64,000 bases of DNA from a virus (taxonomy: Duplodnaviria > Caudoviricetes). A program made the position numbers and the translations under genes. A model generated the notes under the pieces. The model saw nothing but the letters and a program-made list of their open reading frames with translations. It had not been told where the DNA came from and did no database searches. Positions 18,526 through 28,259 of this stretch are shown here, one piece after another; positions within the stretch are counted from its first letter, which is position 1; the number at the start of each line of letters is the position of its first letter. Where the stretch lies: positions 1 through 64,000 of the IMG/VR virus record IMGVR_UViG_3300020576_004053, one strand, 5' to 3'.

Positions 18526-21500
18526 TTATCCACGGCTAAATGCATCGGTTAATCCCCCACCTACTTTCTTCCCATCCAGATTGACCACAATACCACCATT
18601 CTGCATTAACATAATTAGTTGCTGCAACTGCTGTTCCACTGGCTTAAGGTCTACGTTGACCACAGGAGCCACCGGCTGTCCATTGGTGCCGGTACCACTC
18701 ACCGTCGTGTATCCTTCGTCAGAATCGGATTGTGCTACAATGGGTGGCTGAATTGGGGCGGCGGGCTTCTTCTTTTTCTTGAAGAGTCCACCAAGTGCCT
18801 TACCGACCAATTTACCTGCCACAGATCCAACCAAACCACCAACAATCGTACCAGCACCGGGAATCACTGATCCAATAGCCGAGCCGATCAATTTACCCGC
18901 TACCGCACTACCCGCTGCCTTCGCTACGTTCTTTTTCTTGTCACCTTTTTTGAATAGCGATCCGATAATACCGGCACCGGGAATCTTATTCAATACGGCT
19001 GATCCAAGCTTACCCGTGGCAAACTTACTGACCAATCCACCACCAATTCCCATAACCTTTTTCCCGATGCCTGTATTCTTCAACATTCCCAACGCGGTAG
19101 ACTTAAGACTCTTTCCACCAGTTAATGATGCTACTGCACTATTCGTAGACGCGTTACCAGTGAACTTAGATAAAATACCACCCGCTTTCCCTGAGATAAA
19201 CGATTTTGCTTTATTCTTCAGCGATCCGACGATACCACCAGATTCAGATTTTCCACCAAACATTCCTTGTAGTTTAGACGAGATACCTTCACCCTTTTTA
19301 CCAATTAATCCCTTCGCCGCTGATAATAATCCACCATCCTTACCATCAGACTTAGAGAACATGGATTTGATGCTGTTGAATGTACCAGAGATCTTGCCGA
19401 CCGTACCAGATACCTTATCCAACGCATCTACTTTAATTTTAGCAAAGGAATCACCGATTTTACCCAGTGATTGTACGACGTTCATGATATTCGTCAATCC
19501 AGACAACTGCGTGCGTGATAAAACCGCTTCACCACGCTGTAAGATGGCCGGAACTTCATCTGGCATATATCCCGAGTGGAATCGTGGAATTAATCGGGCC
19601 GATCCTTTTCCAACAATACCACCAGAATGTTTAACTTCACCACGTTGCGTTGAACCCCCTTGACGAATATCAAATCCACCAGAGAAGAATCCTTTCGATG
19701 GGGTTGGTACGGTTATACGAGAAATGTGTGCATCGTAGGCCGCATTCATACGATCAATACGTGCTCGCTGTGCTGCTTCTTCGATACGTGCAAGCTGTTC
19801 TTCACGTTTTTGAGCGTCGGTGCGCTTATCCGTAAACATTTTAGCAAATGACGTACCCGCTACCGCACCTATCGCCATTCCGATTGATGCGCCAATTGCA
19901 ACTCCAACAGGACCAGCAAACAATCCAACTGCAGCACCCGCAGCCATACCACCCGCCGCACTTCCCACCATACCACCGGCACCGACGATACCTGCATTTT
20001 TTGCAGAGGTTGACTTACTAAGCCCTGCTGCCCGATCTTCCGTATATTGTCCATATGCGGCTAATCCCGTGCCGATTGCACCCGCTGCACGTCCAAGAAT
20101 CGGTGCGGCTCGACCTGCAAAAGTAGCTACACGACCGGCACCAGCGGCAACACCACCAGCCGCCGCACCCGCTCCACGAGAGAATAATCCACCCAAGCCA
20201 AGACGACCCACCCCCGTTGCCGCTAAGGTTGCTGCCGCTGCTAGAGCAGTAAGTGCCGGAACTGCTAATTTTTCAATAGAATTGACAAATGCATCTGCGG
20301 TATTAGATATTACATCGTTTGGATCACCTAGATCAGTTGGATTACCACCCTTAAGCAAGGTTTCTATTTCTTGTAATGGCGCAATTTCATTCAACATGTT
20401 GCGCGTTGAACGGGGAAGATCTGATATAGATTTCATCCCCGTATTTCGAAGTGCCGCTTGTAATTCTTGTGCCTGTTGTGCAGTGTCACCATTCTGTGCA
20501 GCAAATACATATGCAGATAAATCGAAGCCGGGAAGGAACGTCGCAATCTTAGCCTGTAATGTTAAAAAGCCTTCAAAATCTCCAACAGTTTTATCCGCGA
20601 ATCCTTCAAGGGTGCTCATTTGCACACCCATCTTCTTTATCTCCATCACCGACTTAGCAAATGCTAAATATCCTTCGTTGGCATATTGAGCAAAGTATTG
20701 GGTATTTTTTACCAATTCTCGTCCAACTGCTCCCGGTCCCATTCCCGCCGCACGTGCCTGTGTTTTTACAGCTTGTAATTGTGCTGCCGTAATTCCTGTT
20801 TGAAAACCATGCACTCGTTCTAGCGTACCAATTAATTTTCCAGCTTCCTCATTAGATAACCCATATTGTTCAGTCAGACTGGTGGCTTCTGTCACCAAAT
20901 CTGACGATATATTCATTCGACCAAATTCAGTTTGTAGCATTGCCAAATTACGAGCATATGCGACCGGTGATGCAAAGACACCACTCATAATCCCTTGGAC
21001 CGTATATCCAAAGGCTTTAACTGAATTAGTTACAGATTGAACGGCACTTTGTCCCTGCTTCCGGAATTCTTTATATACGTTAGAAAACATTTCGACGGCA
21101 ATGGATGCTGAAGCGCCGAAGAATCCCGTCATGCTTGATAACGCCCGCATTGTTGCTCGTACCTGTGCGGGGTTCAGACCAAGAATTTGCGAGAAGCGTA
21201 ATGCCATCTGATTACGCGTACGGGCAAGGGCATTTTGCGCCGCAATCGATTGGCGAGTTTGATTTAATGCGGTATTGGTTCGTGCAGTGGTACCGGCTTG
21301 TACTCCTGCGGCAGTATTTAATCGATTCTGTTGTCCAAGCACACGCCCAATATTCCCTAACAAGGCTTGTAAGTTGGCGTTGGCTCGTGCCGCACGCTGA
21401 TCAAATCGATCCATACTTCGGTCACGACGTTCTTCAATTTTTAACAAATCATCTACATCTCGACCAGTACGACTCGCTTCTCGTAATTTCCGTTCCCACC

Positions 21501-21774
21501 CTGCCATAGAGCGTTGCCGGTCACGTTCAATGCGATCTAAACTTGAACGTAGTCGATTTTCCTGTCCCCGTAATGATCCTAAATTTGCTTCCAATCCAGT
21601 CCGAATACGCGCAATGTTTGCTTCCAACTCCTGCGAATGCGCCAACTGATTTTGCAGCGTCTGTGCAATATTGTTGAGATTGCGAATCGAATTTTCTGCA
21701 TCAGTGTCCGAGATGTCCCCTAAGACTTCTTGTAACATTGAAATTACTGCATTCATCTTATTCGGATCAAACAT
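18526..21774 (-). CDS. Tape measure protein
   Basis: 1082 aa, coiled-coil N-terminus, Gly/Ala-rich hydrophobic tracts, HSGG...EVPAILQRGEAVL, terminal VNLDGKKVG. Follows the tail chaperone. Confidence 0.85.
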   Translation of the reverse strand: MFDPNKMNAVISMLQEVLGDISDTDAENSIRNLNNIAQTLQNQLAHSQELEANIARIRTGLEANLGSLRGQENRLRSSLDRIERDRQRSMAGWERKLREASRTGRDVDDLLKIEERRDRSMDRFDQRAARANANLQALLGNIGRVLGQQNRLNTAAGVQAGTTARTNTALNQTRQSIAAQNALARTRNQMALRFSQILGLNPAQVRATMRALSSMTGFFGASASIAVEMFSNVYKEFRKQGQSAVQSVTNSVKAFGYTVQGIMSGVFASPVAYARNLAMLQTEFGRMNISSDLVTEATSLTEQYGLSNEEAGKLIGTLERVHGFQTGITAAQLQAVKTQARAAGMGPGAVGRELVKNTQYFAQYANEGYLAFAKSVMEIKKMGVQMSTLEGFADKTVGDFEGFLTLQAKIATFLPGFDLSAYVFAAQNGDTAQQAQELQAALRNTGMKSISDLPRSTRNMLNEIAPLQEIETLLKGGNPTDLGDPNDVISNTADAFVNSIEKLAVPALTALAAAATLAATGVGRLGLGGLFSRGAGAAAGGVAAGAGRVATFAGRAAPILGRAAGAIGTGLAAYGQYTEDRAAGLSKSTSAKNAGIVGAGGMVGSAAGGMAAGAAVGLFAGPVGVAIGASIGMAIGAVAGTSFAKMFTDKRTDAQKREEQLARIEEAAQRARIDRMNAAYDAHISRITVPTPSKGFFSGGFDIRQGGSTQRGEVKHSGGIVGKGSARLIPRFHSGYMPDEVPAILQRGEAVLSRTQLSGLTNIMNVVQSLGKIGDSFAKIKVDALDKVSGTVGKISGTFNSIKSMFSKSDGKDGGLLSAAKGLIGKKGEGISSKLQGMFGGKSESGGIVGSLKNKAKSFISGKAGGILSKFTGNASTNSAVASLTGGKSLKSTALGMLKNTGIGKKVMGIGGGLVSKFATGKLGSAVLNKIPGAGIIGSLFKKGDKKKNVAKAAGSAVAGKLIGSAIGSVIPGAGTIVGGLVGSVAGKLVGKALGGLFKKKKKPAAPIQPPIVAQSDSDEGYTTVSGTGTNGQPVAPVVNVDLKPVEQQLQQLIMLMQNGGIVVNLDGKKVGGGLTDAFSRG

Positions 21775-21785
21775 TCATCGACTCG

Positions 21786-22012
21786 TTATGGTGGACCTTT
21801 CTTTTTGGTACGGGGTGGTGCGTGTTGTGCTTTTTGTATTGCTGATGACTCCGCTTCTAAGGCTTTGCGCATCCATTGGAAATTTAATGAACGAAGGCGA
21901 ATAGGCATATTATAGAGTGTATCATATGTCCATCCGCCTTTTCCATACGTGATCATTTCGAATATGGTTCGATGTGTATTGAAACTATACTCTGGCGTTA
22001 GGCCAAAAAAAG
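21786..22012 (-). CDS. Tail assembly chaperone extension (probable frameshift product)
   Basis: FFGLTPEY...GGWTYDTLYNMPIRLR, overlapping the upstream gene in the +1 frame at a T7 run. No evident RBS of its own. Confidence 0.7.
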
Positions 22013-22755
22013 GTGACATCAATCGGTACCTCCATGCGCGAATCTACATGCTCGCACTTCTCACATTCAAATTGGAAGGTTAAGTCGATATCCGGATTAA
22101 TCTTCCGAGCATATTCACGAAACGCCATAGAATCTCGGGCTAACATATTATTCACTGTGCTACGAATATTTTCTCCATCCGTATTTCCGTCGATTGAAAG
22201 AATTGCATAGCGCATACGAGTCGTTACTTCTGTCTGCACATCTTTTTTCGCAACCTTTTTCATCGAATCCAATTCTTGCTGAATATTTTGCTCGTCCTGA
22301 TGCGTTAACAATCGAAACGTGATCATTTTCTTTGAGAGCGGCAACTGGAAGACAAATTCATTCTTCCCTTTCTGTTCATCGGAAAAATCAATCTTCTTAT
22401 CTTCCAATTTAGCGAGATTTACTTCCACATCTTGTTTCGCTCCACACGACGGACATTCTACACCCACATCATAGATGCTGCCATACCCCAAAATACGAGA
22501 GGCAATCATTAATGCGTTTTTATCGCCAATAAACAGATCACCATACTTTACTGTAGGGTCGGCAATCAACTCTTCCATCAATCGATCTAATACAATACCC
22601 TTTTTAATCAAGTTGGTAGAGGTCAAAATATCCTCATGGCGAGCCGTCATCAAATATACCTTCAGACGACCAGTGGCCAACGGATGATTTGGTGGATAAT
22701 ACCAGCCTTTCGACGGTAAATCAATAATTTCGGTTGCTGCTTTACTATCAGACAT
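21985..22755 (-). CDS. Tail/baseplate assembly chaperone (T4 gp26-like)
   Basis: IDLPSKG..YP, MTA..EDIL, GDKNALMIASRILGYG, CPSC, CEKC, terminal FFWP. Confidence 0.85.
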   Translation of the reverse strand: MSDSKAATEIIDLPSKGWYYPPNHPLATGRLKVYLMTARHEDILTSTNLIKKGIVLDRLMEELIADPTVKYGDLFIGDKNALMIASRILGYGSIYDVGVECPSCGAKQDVEVNLAKLEDKKIDFSDEQKGKNEFVFQLPLSKKMITFRLLTHQDEQNIQQELDSMKKVAKKDVQTEVTTRMRYAILSIDGNTDGENIRSTVNNMLARDSMAFREYARKINPDIDLTFQFECEKCEHVDSRMEVPIDVTFFWPNARV

Positions 22756-22814
22756 AACATTTGCTCCTAAAAGTGAACCTTGTATTCATAAATATCCAAA
22801 AAGTACAATTTTTC

Positions 22815-24329
22815 CTATTCCTCAAGGATTTCTTCCAACCCATCCTCGTCTACCGCATCCTGCAAATCCTTGTATTTTCTAGCTTTGATACGTTTGATGA
22901 AATCTCCAAAGAAACTACGATTTCTAGTAGCTTCCAGTACCTCACCATCAACGATACGATCAATCATCTCCTGCTTTTCAGCCAATAATACACCCATATC
23001 TTCATCAATGGTGTCTTTACAGGTTAAATAATACACCTGTACGGATTCAGTCTGCCCACTGCGATGTACCCGATCCTCAGCTTGTTCATGGACGGACGGT
23101 TGCCAAAAGCGATCTAAAAAGAGTACGGTACTCACCCCATACTGGATGCCATCAATACCCATACCTGCAGACGTAATTGTCATGGCTCCCACTTGGATCT
23201 TGCGATCTCGTAACCCATCAATGGTCCGCTGACGTTGCGTTGAGTCCATCCCACCCATGATAATACCGCAATTGGACCCATATCGCTTTTGGATATCTAG
23301 AATGGGCTGACGATATTGCGAGAACACCAACACCGATTCACCGTTCTCAATCATTTCGTCAATAAATTCAAACGCCCGTTCAAGTTTAAAGGGGAGTAAG
23401 AATTTCTGGATGGCTGGCATTTGTGCGGCAGACGGTTTACCTAACGCATTCCACTTCCGAAAAATAGCGTCCATCACTTTATTGTATTCTTTGAATGCAG
23501 CCGGTGGTAATTCCACTACCAAATCGTCACGTTGTTTAGACGGCATTTCTGTGAGTACATCATGCTTCTTACGACGAATCATCAAATCTTTGGTGCGCTG
23601 GTGAAGATCGTCCAAATTCCGAGGACGTTCCCCCGATCCTCCGTATTGCTCCATGAATTTGAGAATATTGTTAAATCGATCCTTACTAATAAATCGTAAG
23701 AGTTGAAATGCTTCAATCGGTTTATTCAGTACAGGTGTTCCGGTTAACAATATAAGATGTTGGGTATGGATGCCGGGATAAGTCGACCGTTCTTTCCAAT
23801 TTCCCATGATGGCTTTGGTACGTTTCGCCTTATGGCTCTTGATATAGGTCGCTTCGTCACATACCAGTAAATCAAATTTTTGGGCAAGGATGAGCGGTAG
23901 GTTCTTGGCGACGATATCGTAGTTAATTATGTGGAACTGGTTATCAAGCGATCCCATCTGTATTTTGCCGGTCCAAATCGTGGTATCTTGACCAGTAAAA
24001 CGATGAATCTCTCGTGCCCAGTTAGGAACGACCGATTTCGGACAGATTATCAAGGTGCGTAAATTATGTCGCACCGCATATGCTAATGAAGTTATCGTTT
24101 TTCCCACACCCGGCGAGTCTGCGATTAGACCCCTCCCGCCAGCCTTTTCTATAAATTCTACCGCAACCACTTGATAATTTCTTGGCTCTAATAAAGATAC
24201 TCCGATATTTTTCCGTATAGTCCCATCTGCGGACAATAATAATTTATTGGCATTTAAATATTCAATAAATTGATCCAATGTACTGTGACAACTAACGTCA
24301 TCTATTATATAGTCAACGTCCATTTGCAT
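22815..24329 (-). CDS. SNF2/SMARCAL1-like helicase, ATPase portion
   Basis: Q motif PRNYQ, ADSPGVGKT, ICPKSVVPNW, DEAT, LLTGTPVLN, VFSQY, QAEDRVHRSGQ. Confidence 0.92.
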   Translation of the reverse strand: MQMDVDYIIDDVSCHSTLDQFIEYLNANKLLLSADGTIRKNIGVSLLEPRNYQVVAVEFIEKAGGRGLIADSPGVGKTITSLAYAVRHNLRTLIICPKSVVPNWAREIHRFTGQDTTIWTGKIQMGSLDNQFHIINYDIVAKNLPLILAQKFDLLVCDEATYIKSHKAKRTKAIMGNWKERSTYPGIHTQHLILLTGTPVLNKPIEAFQLLRFISKDRFNNILKFMEQYGGSGERPRNLDDLHQRTKDLMIRRKKHDVLTEMPSKQRDDLVVELPPAAFKEYNKVMDAIFRKWNALGKPSAAQMPAIQKFLLPFKLERAFEFIDEMIENGESVLVFSQYRQPILDIQKRYGSNCGIIMGGMDSTQRQRTIDGLRDRKIQVGAMTITSAGMGIDGIQYGVSTVLFLDRFWQPSVHEQAEDRVHRSGQTESVQVYYLTCKDTIDEDMGVLLAEKQEMIDRIVDGEVLEATRNRSFFGDFIKRIKARKYKDLQDAVDEDGLEEILEE

Positions 24330-25023
24330 GCGCCGATACTCTTTTACACACGTCTATAAAATATTCATTCGTAAAGATGTTTTTCATTCTGTTAACATTT
24401 TTATGAATCCATTGTAAATTACCTTCAACGTACCCCTTTGAACTGTCTATTCTATCTAAGCTAGCCGTTTTGGTTTGCATCTTAGTACCAACTCCGATCA
24501 CATGTTTTCCAAAATGAATATCTAAACCAGTTAATTTACATTTACCATTCTGCTCCATATACAAATTCCACATATATTTTATATCCACTTCCATCGCAAT
24601 ATTTCTAACCTCAGCATTGGCCAATATTTTTTTATAATGAGATATTGAAAATTCACCGACACCTTTAAATATAGGAGAATGTGATCCGTGACGCGGATGA
24701 CATTTAGAACATCCTTTGGGTGTGCCTTCTTGTAATCTACTACATATTACAAATTTTTCATATCCACATTTACATCTACATAAAACTCTCGGAGACTGTG
24801 ACTTTGTTATCTCGGTTCCAATAATGGTCCAATCATTTACAGTTTGTCCGAACAAGTGGACGAACTTACTAGTGCCATACGTTCCCTTATATTTACCAGT
24901 TTTTCTAATATACGCAGACGTTGCTAACTTAGTACATTCTTTACACGCAGCTACTGGCTTCCCGTGAACTTTATAAAATTCATCGACGGATTTAGAAATA
25001 TTACATTTACTACACATTTTCAT
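24313..25023 (-). mobile_element. HNH-type homing endonuclease inserted in the helicase locus
   Basis: CSKC, CKEC, CKCG, GKCKLTG, ASLDRIDSSKGYVEGNLQWIHKNVNRMK. Paralogous to 4263-4856. GGAG RBS before ATG 25023. Confidence 0.88.
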
Positions 25024-25075
25024 AGACATCTCCGTTTAAAGACATCTATACATAGATCATTCACAAATTAAACGC

Positions 25076-25699
25076 CTACTTTTTGATATATTTTTGAATA
25101 GATGGGTGATCTTTGATAGCATTCCAATTCGTGACAGATCCTACATCCACTAAATTGTAAAAATATTTTCGCAATTCTTCGTTATCCGTTTTTTGGCGCA
25201 CTTCATCTAACATGATACGACGCTGTATTTCTTCCCGATATCGATCCTTAACATCCTGTGAGGCAAAAATATTCTTCTTCCCACCAAATGCCTCAACAAG
25301 TTTGGGAAGGGACGCAAATCCTACTACCCATCGAAAATGTGGTGTCCCCTCCCACGTCAATCCTTCTACGCAGCGTTTCAATTCATCTTTGAATAATACA
25401 TCGGCAGGATCATGTTTGTTGTAGGCAAACTTGACAATGATCTTACCGGTTTCAGATAACATCAACGATGCAGTGCGTACCCCGTTTGACACGGTGGTAT
25501 CGATTGCTGGTATGTTCGCAAATTCAGCAATCGATTCACCATTTAAAGCTTTTGTTGCAATCTCTTTCCATGACGCAACAAAGGCTTTATCCGCTAACCA
25601 TTGTAAATACGCCAAGTCCGTTGCATAGATATCGGCAACGGACTTGTTCTTGTGTTTTCCAAATGGAATATACACAGTATGAGCACTGGCATGTAACAT
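25076..25699 (-). CDS. Probable N-terminal portion of the SNF2 helicase
   Basis: PFGKHK..V.DI...YLQWL module, followed by a HARP-like segment (VKFAYN...VEGLTW...RWVV). Confidence 0.65.
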   Translation of the reverse strand: MLHASAHTVYIPFGKHKNKSVADIYATDLAYLQWLADKAFVASWKEIATKALNGESIAEFANIPAIDTTVSNGVRTASLMLSETGKIIVKFAYNKHDPADVLFKDELKRCVEGLTWEGTPHFRWVVGFASLPKLVEAFGGKKNIFASQDVKDRYREEIQRRIMLDEVRQKTDNEELRKYFYNLVDVGSVTNWNAIKDHPSIQKYIKK

Positions 25700-25702
25700 A
25701 AC

Positions 25703-26197
25703 TTATGGGGTTAAAATCTCAGTGACTCGTTCTGCCGTTAACAACCCAAATGATTGTAAAACTCCCAACCCATATATCGTACGTGGATCGGTAATATCAA
25801 TTTCTTCGGCAACGGCCATATTATCAGCCAATACATTCAATGTCGCACGAATAGATGCATCCGGATCGGTCAGACGCATGATCTCAATTGCCACTAACTC
25901 ATTCAGTGTAAATCTAGACCGAAATTGCAATTTGGAGAAGACCACTTGCGGAGATTCTGCCGGTTTAGATACCACCGAGAACAATTCGACAACCTGAGCG
26001 GCTTCAATAGAATAACCAGCCGGTTGAATCATTTCGGTCGCATCATCAAACGTAGGAATATTCTGTACCATGGGATACCATCCATTTGCAACTAATTCAT
26101 TCGTCGATAAGGCGGAAAAATTGGATATGTTATTCCATGACGCCGGTAAGGTTGACACACGGGCCACGACCTGATTATTTACGACTCTCGCATACAT
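25703..26197 (-). CDS. Tail fibre assembly-like protein
   Basis: LPASWNNISNF...GWYP and SKLQFRSRFT..E...IDITDPRT..GL...GLLT.ER..EIL, typical of small fibre-associated phage proteins. Confidence 0.55.
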   Translation of the reverse strand: MYARVVNNQVVARVSTLPASWNNISNFSALSTNELVANGWYPMVQNIPTFDDATEMIQPAGYSIEAAQVVELFSVVSKPAESPQVVFSKLQFRSRFTLNELVAIEIMRLTDPDASIRATLNVLADNMAVAEEIDITDPRTIYGLGVLQSFGLLTAERVTEILTP

Positions 26198-27186
26198 AAT
26201 TTATCCTCAATATCGGCATAAATTTGACGGAATGGGTGTGACCAATCGCCAAATGTTTGTTGTTTATACACTCGTACACTGTCATACCATCGAATAGTAT
26301 CATTCACCCATACATAATACGGCAAACATGGTACAATAACCCATGTAGGAACACCCATTGCAGCACTTAAATGCGCTACACTGGTACAACTGGTGATCAT
26401 GAGATCCATTGACGATATCCACTTCTGAGTATCCGTCCAATCTATCAATACATGTTGTAAATCTACGATTGATGATGGTAAATCTTGCAAATTATCATCT
26501 CGTTGAAAGCTAAATACTTCAAGTCCATGTAATTTGGTAAGATCGATCAATGGTTGTGGATCAAATCGTCGATTTTGTTCATGTTCAAATTTTGGGTTTC
26601 CACTCCATCGAATCCCCACGCGCAATTTTGGTGACGGTTCATACTCATATCGTGGTATATACGGTGCACTATCGATGGACGTAACCCCTAACACATATGG
26701 AGCCGCCATTGCAGGTACCCAATAATCATGATCCACTCCATGCGCCGTATCCACGTCAACTAATTGATGAATCCATGGCAATTGCCGAAACAAAGAAAAC
26801 ATTGATGGATGTGTGGATACTACAACCCGAGCACCTTTTTCATACAGCAGTTTCGCAAATCGAATATTGATGATATGATCACCATATCCACCTTCTGAAT
26901 GAAACAACACCGTGGCATTCTGTAGCGGTTGATCTTTCCAGATGGGTTTTGACGAGGCCGCAGGACTACCAAATACATGTATCCATCGTCCTGCATTCAT
27001 ACCCTCCATACCCTTCAATAAATCACCCGCCCGAATGTCATAATATCCTAAGTTATATTGCACCCGTACGTCATCAGATGGCATTGCTCGTAAAATACGC
27101 TCTGCATCATCTAATTGTCCACGTTGGCTCAGTTCTAATGCAACATTTAACGGATGTTTATCCGACACGTAACGATAGGTATCCAT
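26179..27186 (-). CDS. TPR plus GT-B glycosyltransferase (GT9/heptosyltransferase-like) protein
   Basis: Short TPR, EGGYGDHI..IRF, RVGIRWSGNP, DLMITSCTSVAHLSAAMGVPTW, WYDSVRVYKQ..GDW. Confidence 0.8.
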   Translation of the reverse strand: MDTYRYVSDKHPLNVALELSQRGQLDDAERILRAMPSDDVRVQYNLGYYDIRAGDLLKGMEGMNAGRWIHVFGSPAASSKPIWKDQPLQNATVLFHSEGGYGDHIINIRFAKLLYEKGARVVVSTHPSMFSLFRQLPWIHQLVDVDTAHGVDHDYWVPAMAAPYVLGVTSIDSAPYIPRYEYEPSPKLRVGIRWSGNPKFEHEQNRRFDPQPLIDLTKLHGLEVFSFQRDDNLQDLPSSIVDLQHVLIDWTDTQKWISSMDLMITSCTSVAHLSAAMGVPTWVIVPCLPYYVWVNDTIRWYDSVRVYKQQTFGDWSHPFRQIYADIEDKLCMRES

Positions 27187-28258
27187 ATCTTACATATGAC
27201 CAATCGGTTTCTGCGCCAACTTGCACCGGAGAGCTTCCATTAAGCAAATTTCCAATGCCCATATCACCACTGTCATTTCTACCCCACGTCCAAAGTGTAC
27301 CATCATTTTTAATGACATGTGGGGTACGTAATGGCGTCACACCCAACATGGCCCAATCCGTCAACGATCCCACTTGAACGGGTGAACTACGTGGTGTGGT
27401 ATTACCTTGCCCAAGCTGACCGAAGTTATTAGCACCCCATGCCCATATTGTATTATCAGTTTTCATGGCATACATGTTTTGTGAACCCGCTGCATGCACA
27501 ATTTTCCAATCCGTTAACAGTCCAACTTGAACCGGTGAAGATCGAACCGTGGTGTTGCCCAATCCCAAATTTCCTTGCGTGTTCGACCCCCATGTCCAGA
27601 GCGTACCATTGGTTTTAATGGCCGCATTACCAGTACCACCCGCAGATACCCAACTCCATGAAGGAATCAATCCCACTTGGGTAGGTGAACTACGTGTCAC
27701 GGTATCACCATGACCTGTGCCACCGCTCGCACCATTTCCCCATGTCCACAATTTACCATCTGATGTAATACCTGCGGAATAAAAGTCGCCCGTCGAACAT
27801 GACACCCACGTTGTCAACGCACCTACTTGAACTGGTGAACTCATTGACAAGGTATGATTCAATCCTAATTGACCAAAGTTATTAGCACCCCATGCCCACA
27901 ACGTACCATCGGTTTTAATAGCGAGTGCATGAAATCCATTTGGTACCCCGACTAACTTCCAATCAGTTAGTGCACCAACCTGTGCGGGTGAACTTGTATT
28001 ATGTGTATCATTGTTACCAAGTGCCCCACTAATATTTTGGCCCCATGACCACAACGTACCATCGGTTTTAAGGGCATAGGTGCTACTCTGACCAACCACC
28101 GATACCCAATCAGTATCTGATCCGACTTGTACCGGCGAACTCCGTGGACTGGTATCGCCCAATCCATGCTGCCCTGCTTGATTAGCACCCCATGCATATA
28201 GCGCATAGCCTTGTACACCATCTACCACACTATGATTAAATGTTTTCTGTGATAACAT
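27158..28258 (-). CDS. RCC1/BLIP-II repeat beta-propeller protein
   Basis: Seven repeats of KTDGTLW.WG.N..GQLG......SSPVQVG.LTDW. Likely start ATG 28258. Confidence 0.92.
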   Translation of the reverse strand: MLSQKTFNHSVVDGVQGYALYAWGANQAGQHGLGDTSPRSSPVQVGSDTDWVSVVGQSSTYALKTDGTLWSWGQNISGALGNNDTHNTSSPAQVGALTDWKLVGVPNGFHALAIKTDGTLWAWGANNFGQLGLNHTLSMSSPVQVGALTTWVSCSTGDFYSAGITSDGKLWTWGNGASGGTGHGDTVTRSSPTQVGLIPSWSWVSAGGTGNAAIKTNGTLWTWGSNTQGNLGLGNTTVRSSPVQVGLLTDWKIVHAAGSQNMYAMKTDNTIWAWGANNFGQLGQGNTTPRSSPVQVGSLTDWAMLGVTPLRTPHVIKNDGTLWTWGRNDSGDMGIGNLLNGSSPVQVGAETDWSYVRYGYLSLRVG

Positions 28259-28259
28259 C

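Noticed and set aside
17556-20689. Long plus-strand ORFs (17556-18191, 18779-19663, 19820-20689) and other antisense ORFs in the track
   Set aside because: They are shadows of minus-strand genes with biased, Gly/Ala-rich codons, and have no recognisable motifs or RBSs.
24190-25190. Canonical group I intron or split intein around the HNH in the helicase
   Set aside because: GACUA-like words occur, but I found no downstream AUAGUC partner for P7 on the coding strand. There is no Cys-initiated N-intein or HN-(C/S/T) C-intein end; VSCHS is only superficially similar.
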